This document shows, in pieces, positions 10,950-23,486 of a stretch of DNA of 64,000 nucleotides. Under the pieces are notes generated by a model. It was given only the letters and a program-made list of their open reading frames with translations. It ran no database searches and had not been told where the DNA came from. This stretch comes from Tubiluchus corallicola (lineage: Eukaryota; Animalia; Priapulida). Position 1 is the first letter of the stretch, and every line of letters starts with the position of its first letter. The stretch spans positions 232,190-296,189 of the forward strand of contig JAQGDQ010000287.1 in NCBI GenBank assembly GCA_030141605.1, given 5' to 3'. The translations under genes were made by a program, and so were the position numbers.

Positions 10950-13260
10950 CGCTTTCACGCTGAACCCTCAATTTGCTTTTGAAAAAACTAAGATTTAGGG
11001 CACTAAGCACATTGTCTGGAAAGCCGTTCCAGCAGTTTATAATTTTTTCGGTTAAAGAGTGACCTCTTATGTTAGTTCGATAGAAACCCTGAAACAGTTT
11101 TATCGAATGTCCACGTAGTTCATAATGGCGATGAATCTGGACGAAGAAGTCATCGGCGCTATTACACTTTCGCACAGCCTAGTTTTTTCTGGCCTATTGG
11201 TTGTTTTCACGCCTGCAGGCCAGAAAGCAGACCAACAGGTGTAATATACACCATATTCCCATAATATTATTGGTTTTTAGACATTACAATTCCAGATTAA
11301 AATCATACATAAAGCTCCACGTGAATAACTGTGTTTACACGACTAATGCGCAATCGCTCTTGCGCAGTGACGATGTGGCCCTTAACATGTATTTTTAGTT
11401 TCTTTGCATAATTTATGATTATTAGGGTTGCAGCCACGGGAGTTTGTATCGTATTACAGTGTTCCCTCTCTACTTCAAATATATTAATGTAAAATATTTA
11501 TCGCACTATTTTCGCTGTTTCGATGGCATCAGAATAGGGGTAGTGATGACGATAACGATAAAAATAACATTGCAATAATGGTGGTGATAAGGAGTATATA
11601 AACCTAAAATGCCATTATAATCCTGTGCCAGTCATTGTCTTTTCTTCAAAGACTTCCCGAATTTTTTGTTTCTCTGTCAGACCCAAGCTGGCATATACGA
11701 GGAAATTATTTTAGACCACTACAGTTATTTGTCATTAATTTTATTTATTACTGTAGTATTATTACCATTAGATTATAAAAAAAGTAAAGGTTTTTTCTTT
11801 ATTTCGTAAATGCGGTCAAGATGAAAGTGTGTCACGTGCCGTTTAAGCTAGGCCCTGATAATGCATAAACTAGTACGAAATACGTCACGTGACTACACAC
11901 ACAAACAAGATGGCGATACGAACTGTATAGTTGTAGAACTGTAATTATTGGTAATTATACTTAAATATATGATTAAATTACCACGAGATTAGCGGAAACA
12001 TTCACTGATGACGTGAGAATAATAGAATAATGACCTACGAGCCTAGAAACGAGTAATAACCTAGAAAAAACTAGGCGGTGCGAAAGTGTAATAGCGCCGA
12101 AGTCATCTTTACTGAAGTTGTTCAACTCGTTCAAAATTTTGAAACAATGAATGAGATCTATATTTTGCATCTGTAATACAGTGGTGTAACGTCTTTAGTT
12201 TGTGCGTTTGTCACAATTCGAGCACAATGACTCTGAATCTTCTGAAGCTGGTTAATTAAGGTGATGTGCTGTGGTGACCAGGCAACTGCAGTCATACTCA
12301 AGCTTTGGCCGAACCAATGTTTTATATACAGTTGGACTATAACTCAAATGACCATGGCAGAACAGCCTGTTTGAGTGAACCTATGACACTGTTTGCTGAA
12401 TCCTAATTATATGCTTATTTCATTTTAAAGCCTTCAAAATCCATACACCCAAATCTTTTACTTCAGTTGGCTGATTAATTTCGGACCCACAAAGTTTGTT
12501 GCTGAAATCATACATGGGTCTAATACGAAGCACAGAACACTTAGCTGCTTTTGGGGTCATAGGTACAACTTGCACCATCTTTCTGCCTGGAATGCAATGT
12601 TTTGTAGATCGATATGTCTACAGTATGTGTGTATTGAGTTGTAGATTTCGACATCATCTACATGTAATACTGACTTTCTATTAAGACATTTGGGTGGGTC
12701 ATCAGCACAGATTAGGGAACAGTATGGTCCCGAAATTCATCCTTGTGGGATACCATTTTGTACACGTAACCATCCATGTGAATTTCCAGCTAACACAACT
12801 CTCTGGAAACGGTAACTCCAGCATACTCCAGCTTAAGCAACAACCGATTGAATGGGACTGAGTCTAACGCACGGTTGCAATCGATGTATGTTACATCAGT
12901 ACCTGCCTTTGTCCAATCGTTCAAACACTGCAGTAGGTTTGCGGCAGCAGAACAACCCGGCAGTGACCCATGCTGGTTTGTGCAGATACGACCATTGCTC
13001 AATAAAAAAAGGAATGAGCGAACCCCAAATTATGTTTTCGAGCACTTTCACCACGACGGATGTTAAAAGTATCAGGCGGAGATCACTAACAATTTCCAGT
13101 TTTCGGCACCTTTGGGAACGGGGTATATGAGCTGTCGTCCAATCATGAGGTAGTGTGCTCCACAATTTCTGAACACCAGATATAAGGGATATGCTAGCTG
13201 CCATGTACATTTTTTTAGTATAATACTCTTGATATCGTCTTGCCTTGATGACAAAGACGC
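10950..13260 (-). mobile_element. Decayed CR1/L2-group LINE (reverse transcriptase and C-terminus), interrupted by a MULE
   Basis: Fragments VKVLENII, QHG..PGCS..NLL, DVTYID..ALDSVP..RLLLKL, NGIPQG, HVDD (YADD-like), DLIHCFKIL, RGHSIKL...IINCWNGFP; many stops and frameshifts. Confidence 0.85.
11155..12098. mobile_element. Non-autonomous Mutator-like (MULE) DNA transposon
   Basis: Near-perfect 36-bp TIR GGCGCTATTACACTTTCGCAC(A/C)GCCTAGTTTTTTCT; 9-bp TSD GAAGTCATC at 11146-54 and 12099-107. Confidence 0.88.
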
Positions 13261-13468
13261 CTCAGCCAGTTCAGTGTCTTATCCATATTAGCTAGCGAAC
13301 TAATGAGTGATGAATCAATTTACAGAAAGTCAGCAAGTGTGTAAAAATCATACCGGTGGCTGAGACATGGTTTTGATAACTGTTTTTGTTTGTTTGTTTT
13401 TTTGCTGTAGATCCAAAAGGTGAATAAGGACAAAAGTTGAATGTTACACAGAGTTCAATGCCATAACC

Positions 13469-13625
13469 ATGGATAACAACCAACAAGAAGATGAAGACTT
13501 ATTTTGTGTTTTCGAAGCTGATAGTGCCTCAAACGAAAGTGCAAGAGGCAAAAAGAGAAAACTGGAAAGTACAGATCACAACGCCGAACGAGAAGGCACT
13601 TCCTTTATGGAGCAAATTTTGCAAG
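13469..13625 (+). CDS. MTREX: MTR4 coding exon 1
   Basis: ATG GAT AAC...: [16 protein letters not shown]...EQILQ G|gtaat; phase 1 matches next exon; DLFxVFE is the Mtr4 N-terminal motif. Confidence 0.85.
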
Positions 13626-16600
13626 GTAATTTGTCACATTTGTAAAGTTTTCTGCATCCAAAAAGAAATCAAAATACCTTAATAGATCAGTTTTGTAAGA
13701 TGTCCTTCTAATTACGTGTAGTATTTTGTAAATATTTTTATTGTTTATGACTCGGTGAGATAAGTTGAGAAAAACTGGTAATTCTCATGTGTGCATTGCA
13801 GACAGGTAATGGTCTATAAGAAGCATTCTGAGAAGATTATTATGCTTTTCTTATTCTGGCCATCATATCAAGTTATCAACATTATTTCTTATGTTTTAAG
13901 CTTTTAAAATGTGTAATTCATACAATGTATCATTTTTCGCATTTTCAAATGTACTTGACTCTGAAAGGAATAAGTGTTGTATTTGTGTGCTTGCGCAGCA
14001 AAAACGTCCGAAAGTTGGAAGTTAAACGCTTTAGTTTTCACATATCCTGAATCTCTATTTCATGGGGATTATTTTGATGCCAACTTCAGTGCCTCATGTT
14101 ATTTCTAACCTGAGGTAATCCACGTCGAATTTAAGGTACACTGAAAAATGCATTTCTGAGAAAATCACTGTTAAAGTTTTTCCAAATAAAGATCTGCGCT
14201 TGGCAACAGAAAAATCCACAAAAGCAAAATAACTGCTTTCAGGAGCAACTATCCGAGTTTGAAAATACGAACCTTTGACAAATGCAGTATTAGTTTTTAG
14301 ACAGAGAAGTGGATAAGGAGTTATAAGTTTTTAGTATTTTTTAAACAAAGTCCTGGCATTTTGATGCTAGAACATAAAAGTCCAATATATTTAGCGCTGG
14401 TTTTTGTAAAAAATGAAAATTTGATATTTGACCCATTGTTTTATGCATTCTACTTTGAAGCATAGTAACATTGTTTTAACTATGGCGACTAGTGTGGACA
14501 GTTTTTTTTGCAAGCACACATTTGGTTTTCTTGTATTTGTTCTATTCTGTATGACAAAGTAATTTAAATTTTGTTAATTGTAATTGCTTGGCTAACTGAT
14601 TAGTAGTTGACAGACTGACTGACTAATTGACTAACTGATTGTGCAGCTGGTGATATCTTGTGCGCATTACTTTTGTGCTGAGGAGGACCCACTTAAATAT
14701 ATATCATTCGTATCCCACTGTGCGATATTGAAAAACAAGAGTATAACACTATACATCTTGTAATAGAGAATTTAAATAATTTAAATGAGTATGAACCAGT
14801 GTTCTATTATTATAGGTTATGATCCGGAGAAAGGTACATTACAGCCAGCTGAACCAGTTCCTGCTATAGACAACGAGGCAGAACAAATTAAGGAAGAATT
14901 AAACCCTTCAGAAATTTTACCTCGCATTCAGATACATCGAATAGAGACAATTGAGTCGTGCACTCACGAAGTAGCCGTTCCTCACGATATGGAATACACT
15001 CCTGTGCGAACGCCATCGACGAAACCACCGAAAGAATATCCGTTTATATTGGATCCATTTCAGAAAGAGGCAGTGCTATGTTTAGAGAACAATCAGTCGG
15101 TGTTGGTATCGGCGCACACGTCGGCTGGAAAAACAGTGGTAGCTGAGTATGCTATTGCCATGTCCTTGCGCGACAAACAAAGAGTCATATACACAACACC
15201 TATTAAGGCTTTGAGCAATCAGAAGTATAGGGAATTATATGAAGAGTTTCAAGATGTCGGTCTCATGACGGGAGATGTGACGATTAATCCCACGGCAAGC
15301 TGCCTTGTCATGACGACCGAAATTCTGAGGAGCATGTTGTACAGAGGTTCCGAAGTTATGCGCGAAGTCGGCTGGGTGGTGTTTGACGAAATTCATTACA
15401 TGAGGGATAAAGAGCGAGGAGTAGTTTGGGAGGAAACGATCATACTCTTGCCGGATTCCGTACATTATGTGTTTCTTTCTGCAACTATACCCAATGCACG
15501 TCAGTTTGCAGAGTGGATTTGTTATCTACATCATCAACCATGTCATGTGGTGTACACGGATTTTCGGCCTGTACCTCTTCAGCATTACATTTTCCCAGCC
15601 GGAGGTGATGGGTTACATTTGGTCGTTGACGAAAAGGGGGAATTCAAAGAGGATAATTTTAATACAGCCATGTCTGTTTTACAGTCAGCTGGTGATCTCA
15701 GTAAGGGCGATAAGATGGGACGTAAGGGTGGCACCAAAGGCGATTCCAATTGTTACAAAATCGTGAAAATGATCATGGAGAGAAACTTTCAACCGGTCAT
15801 TGTGTTTAGTTTCAGTAAGAAAGAATGTGAGGCTTACGCCTGTCAGATGTCCCATTTGGATTTCAACACGGAGCAAGAGAAGAGTCTCGTCGACGAAGTT
15901 TTCAAGAATGCGATGGACGCTCTTTCAGAAGAGGATCAGAAACTTCCACAGGTGGAAACGATATTGCCGTACTTGAGGAAAGGTATCGGAATACATCATG
16001 GTGGCCTTCTGCCCATATTAAAAGAAACGATTGAGATTCTTTTCAGCGAGGGGCTCATCAAAGCCTTATTCGCTACGGAAACATTTGCCATGGGCTTGAA
16101 CATGCCCGCTAGAACTGTGTTGTTTACTAGTGCAAGAAAGTTTGATGGAAAAGACTTCCGGTGGATAACTTCAGGCGAATATATCCAGATGAGTGGGCGG
16201 GCAGGACGGCGAGGGATCGATGAGAGAGGGATTGCTATTCTCATGGTGGATGAAAAAATGAGTCCATCTATTGGAAAGGATTTGATCAAAGGTCATGCGG
16301 ATCCGTTGAACAGTGCATTTCATCTCACGTACAACATGGTACTGAATCTTTTGCGAGTCGAAGAGATCAATCCGGAATACATGCTCGAACGGTCGTTTTA
16401 TCAGTTTCAAAATTACGCTATTCTTCCGAAAATGTTTAAAAATCTGCAGGATTTAGAAGATGAGTACAAGAGCCTGAGTGTTCCGAGGGAAACTGAAGTT
16501 GCTTCTTATTACAAAATTCGTCAACAGCTCAGCAACTTGTCGAAAGAGTTTGTCTCTTACCTGGTTAAGCCAAAATATATTGTGCCATTTTTGCAGCCTG

Positions 16601-19600
16601 GCAGATTAATTAAGGTAACGACTTTTTTATAACTTTTACTTTGGGGTGTTTTTTTCTTTAGCCATTTCTATTTCGTGAATTGTGTTTGATGAATTACTGT
16701 CATGTTTCAAGCTAGCTGCCTACAAAAAACACCTGGAGCTTTTTGATTGATAAAGAAAAGTCAAATGTCTCATAAATTTGAGCTTATTTTAACACTTGAG
16801 AAAAATGTTAGGAAGTTTCAAGAAGAAAATTGTGATAAGCGTCTCGTGTAATTAGAAAATCAATTTAAAGCAGCGCTCACTTAATGCTTGGGTGCGCTCA
16901 TTTTGAACGAAAGATGGCTTCACCTGGTTACCATGCGATATAAATACTTATCTTCTCACCAGATGCTTCATGAAATTTTTTTGCAACTATTATGAACTAT
17001 AGACAATCAAAAACTATAGACAATCTGTTATGTAATGAAAACCTGTTACCAACGATGGTATTATAGCCTCCAGCTCATCGGAGATAGGAATGGTTTCAAT
17101 TTCTTTTGCATTTTTGAGCAAGGCGTTTTATGCGCATATATTATATGATACTTTCAATTCATTAAATTAAAATTAATGCTGTACAAGGATTTTTCAGTTA
17201 AAGTTTGTGAAATTTTTCCTGGATTTGTCCCGTGTCAACTGAATCAACTAAGGTGTCAGGCTTTTTTGGTAAAAATTGTTTATTTACTCCCAAGTGTTAA
17301 AATTGTTTTTACAGTTTATCAGTATGCAGCATCTTCTGGCTTCACAAGAGTTTATATTATTATCTTCCTTTGTCATAGAATATTATCTCGTAATTTGATG
17401 CTGTCCACCGATTCTTACTAACGAAGATTTTAATTACAGTTAATAAAATTGCTGTCTGGAAAAGTTTTAAGTTCATTTTATTGGAATCTAATTTGGGGGT
17501 TTTGTACTTTTAATTTCTATAGTAGTGAAACAGCATAAGACAGCAGTTTACTGGTATAAAAAAAGGGGAGCTGTCATTTTCTGTTTACAGAATAATACTA
17601 GTTTAGTGATTATTCACTGTAACAAAATTGTTTATTGCATATTTCATAGTTTTCTTTACCATACTTTGATAGCTACTGCTTTACTGTTGGTGTAATTGTT
17701 AATTTATTATGCCTTTTACATGAAAACAGCACATGTTCAATCACTAAACTATTAACCAGCAACAAAATGGCGTTCATCCATAATTAGCTACCTCTTGCGG
17801 CAGCTGAGAACACTGTTCAGCTGTTGCGTTATGTACCGGTAGTGATCCCTTCAGGCAGTAGACAATAACTCAAAATACTTTTGCGTTATTAATGAAGTTC
17901 GCTCATTTTTGGTTTAAACATAATTTCTTGGAGGTGTAACATCTAGGTTTGAAACAGACAGTTTTACAACTGATACATGTTCTCCCCTAGATTTAGAATA
18001 GTGGTGACCACAATGTACAAAAAATGTTGCAGCATATTTAATCACTAATATACAACAAGAATAACAAAGTTAATATTATTTAAAGCGCTTGGTGTTTGAA
18101 ATAGAAGACTGCACTAAAACAAAAATTTGAGTGTTCACAGAATTATCTAAAGTATGGTTCCCGTGCAGGAACAAACGTAAAAGTTCATTTAATGCAAGAC
18201 TGTAAACATTGATGTTAAAAGTTGACAAAATTCATTCATTTTTTTACTCCATATACCTTTACTTCATGTTTTTCCATTTTGTGTGACGCTGTTAACACAT
18301 TTTTTCAATAGGCCAGCCATTTCAGCAAACAGTTTGATGCCTTTGTCTTCTACTGTCTAAAACATTGATAATATCCAGATCTTGCAAAATGTTCTAAAAA
18401 TTTTTACTTGTGCATTTTCTCACTGCTGTCTTGTTTGAGCATCAATGGTGATTCAACGTGTTTTGGAAGTTTTGCACAGGACAGAATTATTAGCGCGAAT
18501 CTACCCTAATGAATATTCTGGTTGTCTAACGCAGCGCGATGCTAGCATGCTTGAACGGAGTAAGCATGCTCGGAAGCTGACTTCCCATGATCATTGTTAA
18601 TTAGATGTTACATATTTTCTCTCAATAGCGAATAATAGCACTTGCATGCAGATACGTTTTCATGTAAAATTCGTATAATTATGTAAGTCTGCAAGCTTCT
18701 GTGCACAACATGCTGGTCTAATTAACAAGAGACATTAAAATACCAGAAAATTAAATGCACTTAAGCCTAAGTTAGCGAAACCCACTGAGCTAAAATGTTT
18801 CAAATTTACTTCAGGTGCAGAATGGTGAAGATCATTACGGTTGGTGTGTTCTCATTAGCTTCCAGAAGAAAAGTACTGAAAATGAGGGGATAAGAGAATC
18901 CGAGCCCATCTACATTCTAGACGTGTTGGTTTATCTCACGAAGGAGAGTGTGCATTTGAGGAAACCAACTTTAGTGAAGCCATGTCCGTTAGAGGAGAAA
19001 GGAGGAGAGATGGTTGTCGTGCCAATGTCTCTCCACCTTATTACTGTAAGTTGTATTCTTAATTCGTAAAGGATTAATACTACAAAACTAAAATAAATAC
19101 AGGAGAATTGATATAATGTTACTTATTAGTATGTGGCAGGCTAATAGATTTTATTATTATTATTGTGGCCTAGGAAAAATCTAATTGTTAGAATTATATA
19201 GTCAGATAAAAATTGGGATTCCATTGTGTAGGAATTGAATTTGGGGCTCAGTTAAATGTGCTAATCACTGCAGTGTCACTCTTCTCAAATGTCACGCACG
19301 TACTGCTAAGTTTTGCAAAAATTTTTAAAGGGGAAGAAAGGGGCTTTTTAAAGTGTTTCCCCAAGGAACTTGCTATACACAATTATAATTCCCTTGCATT
19401 TCACTTAGCTATTTCAAAGACTTATGTAACTGGGAAGCCTGAGATTGTGTTCTGTCCATCTAATAATCATAACTATTTCAAGTCTTACATCATTAAAATT
19501 TGTTGCAACATATTATGATTGTTTACTTGCATTACGTAAATTTGTTGATTATTCTAATTGAAATAATATCTTATATGCAGCACTTATAGTAAATGGTAGT

Positions 19601-22600
19601 CGTCAACTTGTCCCCTATGCGACTTACGACTGTTCGACTTTACGACTCAACTGAAACTTAGTTGTACAAAAGCAACTACGGCTCATATTTCCTTCTATTT
19701 TTTTAATCAAATTAACTTTAAATCGCTGTCTGTTTCGATAAATTCATCATAGGTGCCGCCTTGGTTAGTGCGCTTAGATACACAGCCTCTTGTGTGTACT
19801 GATGCATCGCTTTAATGTACATGTTTGATTGCTTCCAATTCGCCTTATGACCAATCCGTTGGAACATATTGTAATTGTAAATTGACGACCACCTGTATTT
19901 TGAATCAACGAGGTGAATTTTATCATTTTAATTTCATGTTATACTTTCAGGCAATCAGTTCGGTGCGGTTGTACTGTCCGCAAGACTTGCGCCCTCTAGA
20001 GAACCGGATGTCGGTGCAGAAAACTCTTTTAGAGGTGAAACGGCGGTTCCCGGATGGTATTCCATTGCTTGATCCGATTGAAGACATGGGCATTACAGAA
20101 AAGGACTTTCATAAGGTGAGTAAAGTCTGATAGAAACAAACTAAAATTTCAGACTCAGAAATGTTGGATGATCTGGACAGAGTTGTTCATATGGCTTGAT
20201 TTGGTTTTCGTGTGATAATTCAAATGCTGCTTTGATTTGTAGAAGTTTCATTTAAATGTTCTACTTTGATTTATTATTCTGTACAAGTGCATTAGGTTTC
20301 AATCTTTATTTATGTTGTTATAGCAAACTTTGCTTTTTAAGTAATAAAATAACAACTGCTTTTGCTAACAGAACAGCTTCATTTTAAGTTGTAAACTATA
20401 AAGCAGATTCATAAACATTTACATCTTAAAGAAAATCAGAACATGAGTACTTGACGCAAATTAAAACAAAGCTTCACAACTGAAAAGTTTACGTTTTGTT
20501 GGCAGCTTCTTTGGTTTCAATATTTATTATTAATGGATAACAGGATATGGTGATGCATTTTCAGACATTGAGTCAAACTGTATATATGTGCTTGCATAGC
20601 AACATCGTCCATAAGTCATCAATTAAGCTTTTCTAGTTATTCAAATATCCCGAATCTCCATTTCGTCAATATTATTTTGATATTAAGCACATTGAAGTTA
20701 TGTTTAAATGTGGCTCTTCCTGACGAAGGTCTGAGCTTGGCAACAGAAAAAAACCTGAAGCAAAATGACTGCTTCCATGAGTTACTATCAGAGTTTGAAA
20801 ATATGAGTTCTTCACAATTGCAGTACTAGTTTTCAAACAAGCGGGTAAGGGGTTATGAAATTTAATTTTTAGTATTTTTTAACATTTTCCTGATTATTTG
20901 ATGCTGGAACAATACATTTTAGCATTTGTTTTCATAAAAAAATAAAAAATTGACATTTGACCAAATTTTTGGTGCATTTTACTTTGACGCATCATAACGT
21001 AGTTCTAACTATGCCGATTTATGGACGGTTTTATTTGCAAGCACACATATAATATATACAAGGTCGTACGAAACTTTTTGGATTACTGGTACAGAAACAA
21101 GTGATAGTACAGAACAATTAATCTCATCAAAATGTTGCTGGAACATTGGAAACTTTATTGTGCCCTCACAATGTAGTGTGGTAGCCCAACACGTTTCACG
21201 CAGCCTGCGATTTCAAGCAGGGTATGATCAGAGCAGTGATCTGAAAACTCTAGAATTAATTTTTCTATTGAACTGAACGGCCTGGAAATTCACAGCGCCT
21301 CATTGGAGCTTTTCTGAGTGACAGAGTGGTGGATGGTAAGATAATAAAAAAAGACATGCCATTATTTGGTACTTAACAAATATGTTGCTTGCAAACCAAA
21401 ACCATCCATAAGTTGGCATAGTTAAAGCTACGTTATGATGTTTCAAAGTAGAAAGCACCAAAAATTTGGTCAAATGTCGAGTTTTCATTTTTTATGAAAA
21501 AAATGCCAAATATACTGGACCTTTGTATTCTATCATCAAATTATCAGGAAAATGTTCAAAAAAGTACTAAAAATCTAATTTTATAACTCCTTACCAACTT
21601 TTCTTTCTAGAAACTAGTACTGCATTTGTAAAAAACTTGTATTTTCTAACTCAGCTCGCAGAAGCAGCTATTTTGCTTCAGATTTTCTGTTGTCAACACC
21701 AGATCTTCGTCAGGAAGAGCCATCTACTGGATTCAAACGTAACTTCAATTTGCTTTTGTAAATCCATAACAACCACACTTTCGTACGGTTGCCAAGTATT
21801 TTGTAGAGACGCGGGAAAAAACAATGGCTGATTTTAACAGTGATTTTCTCAAGATTATGTTTTTCACTGCATAGCTTGCACCTCAACTTCAATGTGGATT
21901 ACCTCAGCTTAGAAATAACATAGAGTGATGAACTTGTCATCAAAATGATCCTCATAAAATGGAGATTCGGGATATGTGAATACCTAGGAAAGCTTAATTG
22001 CCGACTTATGGACGATTTTGCCATGCAGGTACACAAATAAGTTTATGAGACATCTGCAAGACATGTTGGAGGATCTTAAGTTCATAGAGTCACTGTTCTT
22101 GAGCATTGCTTTGGTATAATAAATGGTTTTGTACTCTTGCTTGTTATTTTACCCTATATCAAAAGATTATGTACCTCCTTGTATTTCCAGACTCTATACA
22201 GAATAAGATCCCAAAGACTTCTCAATGAAATGCTTTCGCTCCTGTCTATAAATACTATTTAAATGTTATTACATTTTCAGTTTTCTGTTTAGTTTGTTAG
22301 TTTCACTGATAGTACTGTAATGAAGCACATTTGCCTTTTCCTAGGTTGTGAAGAAGATAGAAGCATTCGAACATCGACTGTACTGCCACCCGCTCCACAA
22401 CGATTCGATGTTAGAGGAACTTTACAACATATACGACAAGAAACAGAAACTCTCCCTTGCTGTGAAAACATCTCGAGCTGAGCTTAAGAAAGCTCGCAGC
22501 CTTATACAAATGGACGAACTTAAGTGTAGAAAAAGAGTGTTGCGGCGTCTCGGCTACTGCACGGCATCTGACGTAATCGAGCTCAAAGGTCGCGTGGCTT

Positions 22601-23097
22601 GTGAGATAAGCGCCGCTGATGAGCTGTTGCTTACAGAGCTCATTTTTAACGGTGTTTTCAACGATTTATCTGCATCGCAGTGCGTTGCGTTGCTGTCGAC
22701 GTTTGTTTTTGACGAGAAGAGTTCTCAGATGCCGAAACTAACGGAACAGTTATCCGGTCCGCTACGGTTGATGCAGGACACAGCGCGTAGGATAGCGAAA
22801 GTCACTAACGAAGCAAAGCTGGATCTCGACGAAGAGGAATACGTAGAAAAATTCCGACCTCATCTAATGGATATTGTGTTCGAGTGGGCCAACGGAGCGA
22901 CTTTCGCCAAACTGTGCAAAATGACTGACGTGTTCGAGGGCAGCATTATACGCGCCATACGACGACTAGAAGAACTGCTCAGAGACATGGTCTGTGCTTC
23001 CAAGGCAATCGGAAATGTGGAGTTGGAAAATAAGTTTGCCGAGGGAACTAAAAACATTAAACGTGATATTGTGTTTGCTGCCAGTTTGTACTTATGA
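13469..23097 (+). CDS. MTREX: Exosome RNA helicase MTR4 (MTREX/SKIV2L2), spliced join(13469..13625,14816..16614,18815..19045,19951..20115,22345..23097), about 1034 aa
   Basis: All introns GT-AG with matching phases (1,0,0,0); 3105 nt total, in frame. N-terminal EDLFCVFE motif, AHTSAGKT (motif I), [20 protein letters not shown]/arch region, and C-terminus [13 protein letters not shown] typical of Mtr4. Confidence 0.96.
13982..14522 (+). mobile_element. MITE family X copy 1 (MTR4 intron 1)
   Basis: TIR TGTGTGCTTGC...GCAAGCACACA; similar to 20584-21050 and to the reverse complement of 21380-22038. Confidence 0.8.
14816..16614 (+). CDS. MTREX: MTR4 coding exon 2 (RecA1/RecA2 helicase core)
   Basis: tatag|GTTAT acceptor, AAG|gtaacg donor; lies within ORF 14785..16632 carrying the DExH motifs. 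Confidence 0.96.
18815..19045 (+). CDS. MTREX: MTR4 coding exon 3 (KOW/arch)
   Basis: ttcag|GTGCAG ... ACT|gtaag; [16 protein letters not shown]...MSLHLIT. Confidence 0.93.
19951..20115 (+). CDS. MTREX: MTR4 coding exon 4
   Basis: ttcag|GCAATC ... AAG|gtgag; AISSVRLY...[17 protein letters not shown]. Confidence 0.94.
20584..21050 (+). mobile_element. MITE family X copy 2 (MTR4 intron 4)
   Basis: Same TIRs and internal sequence as copy 1. Confidence 0.8.
21380..22038 (-). mobile_element. MITE family X copy 3, inverted (MTR4 intron 4)
   Basis: Reverse complement reads ...aatcgtccataagtcggcaattaagctttcctaggtattcacatatcccgaatctccatt, matching copy 2. Confidence 0.8.
22345..23097 (+). CDS. MTREX: MTR4 coding exon 5 (DSHCT helical bundle, stop)
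   Basis: cctag|GTTGTG ... ASLYL TGA. Confidence 0.95.
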   Translation, partial: VVKKIEAFEHRLYCHPLHNDSMLEELYNIYDKKQKLSLAVKTSRAELKKARSLIQMDELKCRKRVLRRLGYCTASDVIELKGRVACEISAADELLLTELIFNGVFNDLSASQCVALLSTFVFDEKSSQMPKLTEQLSGPLRLMQDTARRIAKVTNEAKLDLDEEEYVEKFRPHLMDIVFEWANGATFAKLCKMTDVFEGSIIRAIRRLEELLRDMVCASKAIGNVELENKFAEGTKNIKRDIVFAASLYL

Positions 23098-23239
23098 TGC
23101 TATCACACAATGTTAGCAGTATTACCACATTTACCATGATCTTGATATCAATCTGTCCTTTAGAAATGTTTCTAGTTCAAATTTATCAGGATTTTGTATC
23201 CTAATTCTCCTATGGCCACTGCAGTAAATTTGCATGTAG

Positions 23240-23486
23240 TGGTACGTTCATAGTAGCGAGTTTTCTGTCGCTAGTTTTCTCTTAGACAGCAAACTCACTA
23301 GTGTGAAACTGCTTTGTAAGTTACTACTGGAAAGTTGTTGCAAACTCTCCAACAATTGTTGCGAGTTACTTTTGACACTTCTCACAGTGAATAGCGAAGT
23401 GACTGTCAGCTCGAAGAGTAGCTTGCAAGGTTTGCTCTCCAGTCTGAACTCGCTTGGCGACGAAACTTGCCAGTCTGAACACGCAG
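23240..23486. mobile_element. Probable PIF/Harbinger-like MITE in the MTR4 3' UTR
   Basis: Imperfect TIR gttcatagtagcgagttt / aaacttgccagtctgaac and an internal aaactcactagtgtgaa repeat. Confidence 0.4.

Noticed and set aside
14785-14815. ORF-track start [10 protein letters not shown] for MTR4
   Set aside because: Intronic read-through; the true N-terminus is in exon 13469-13625 with the conserved DLFxVFE motif.
14958-16410. Short alternate-frame and antisense ORFs within MTR4 exon 2 (and 22289-23057)
   Set aside because: Shadows of the real coding exon; no recognisable motifs.
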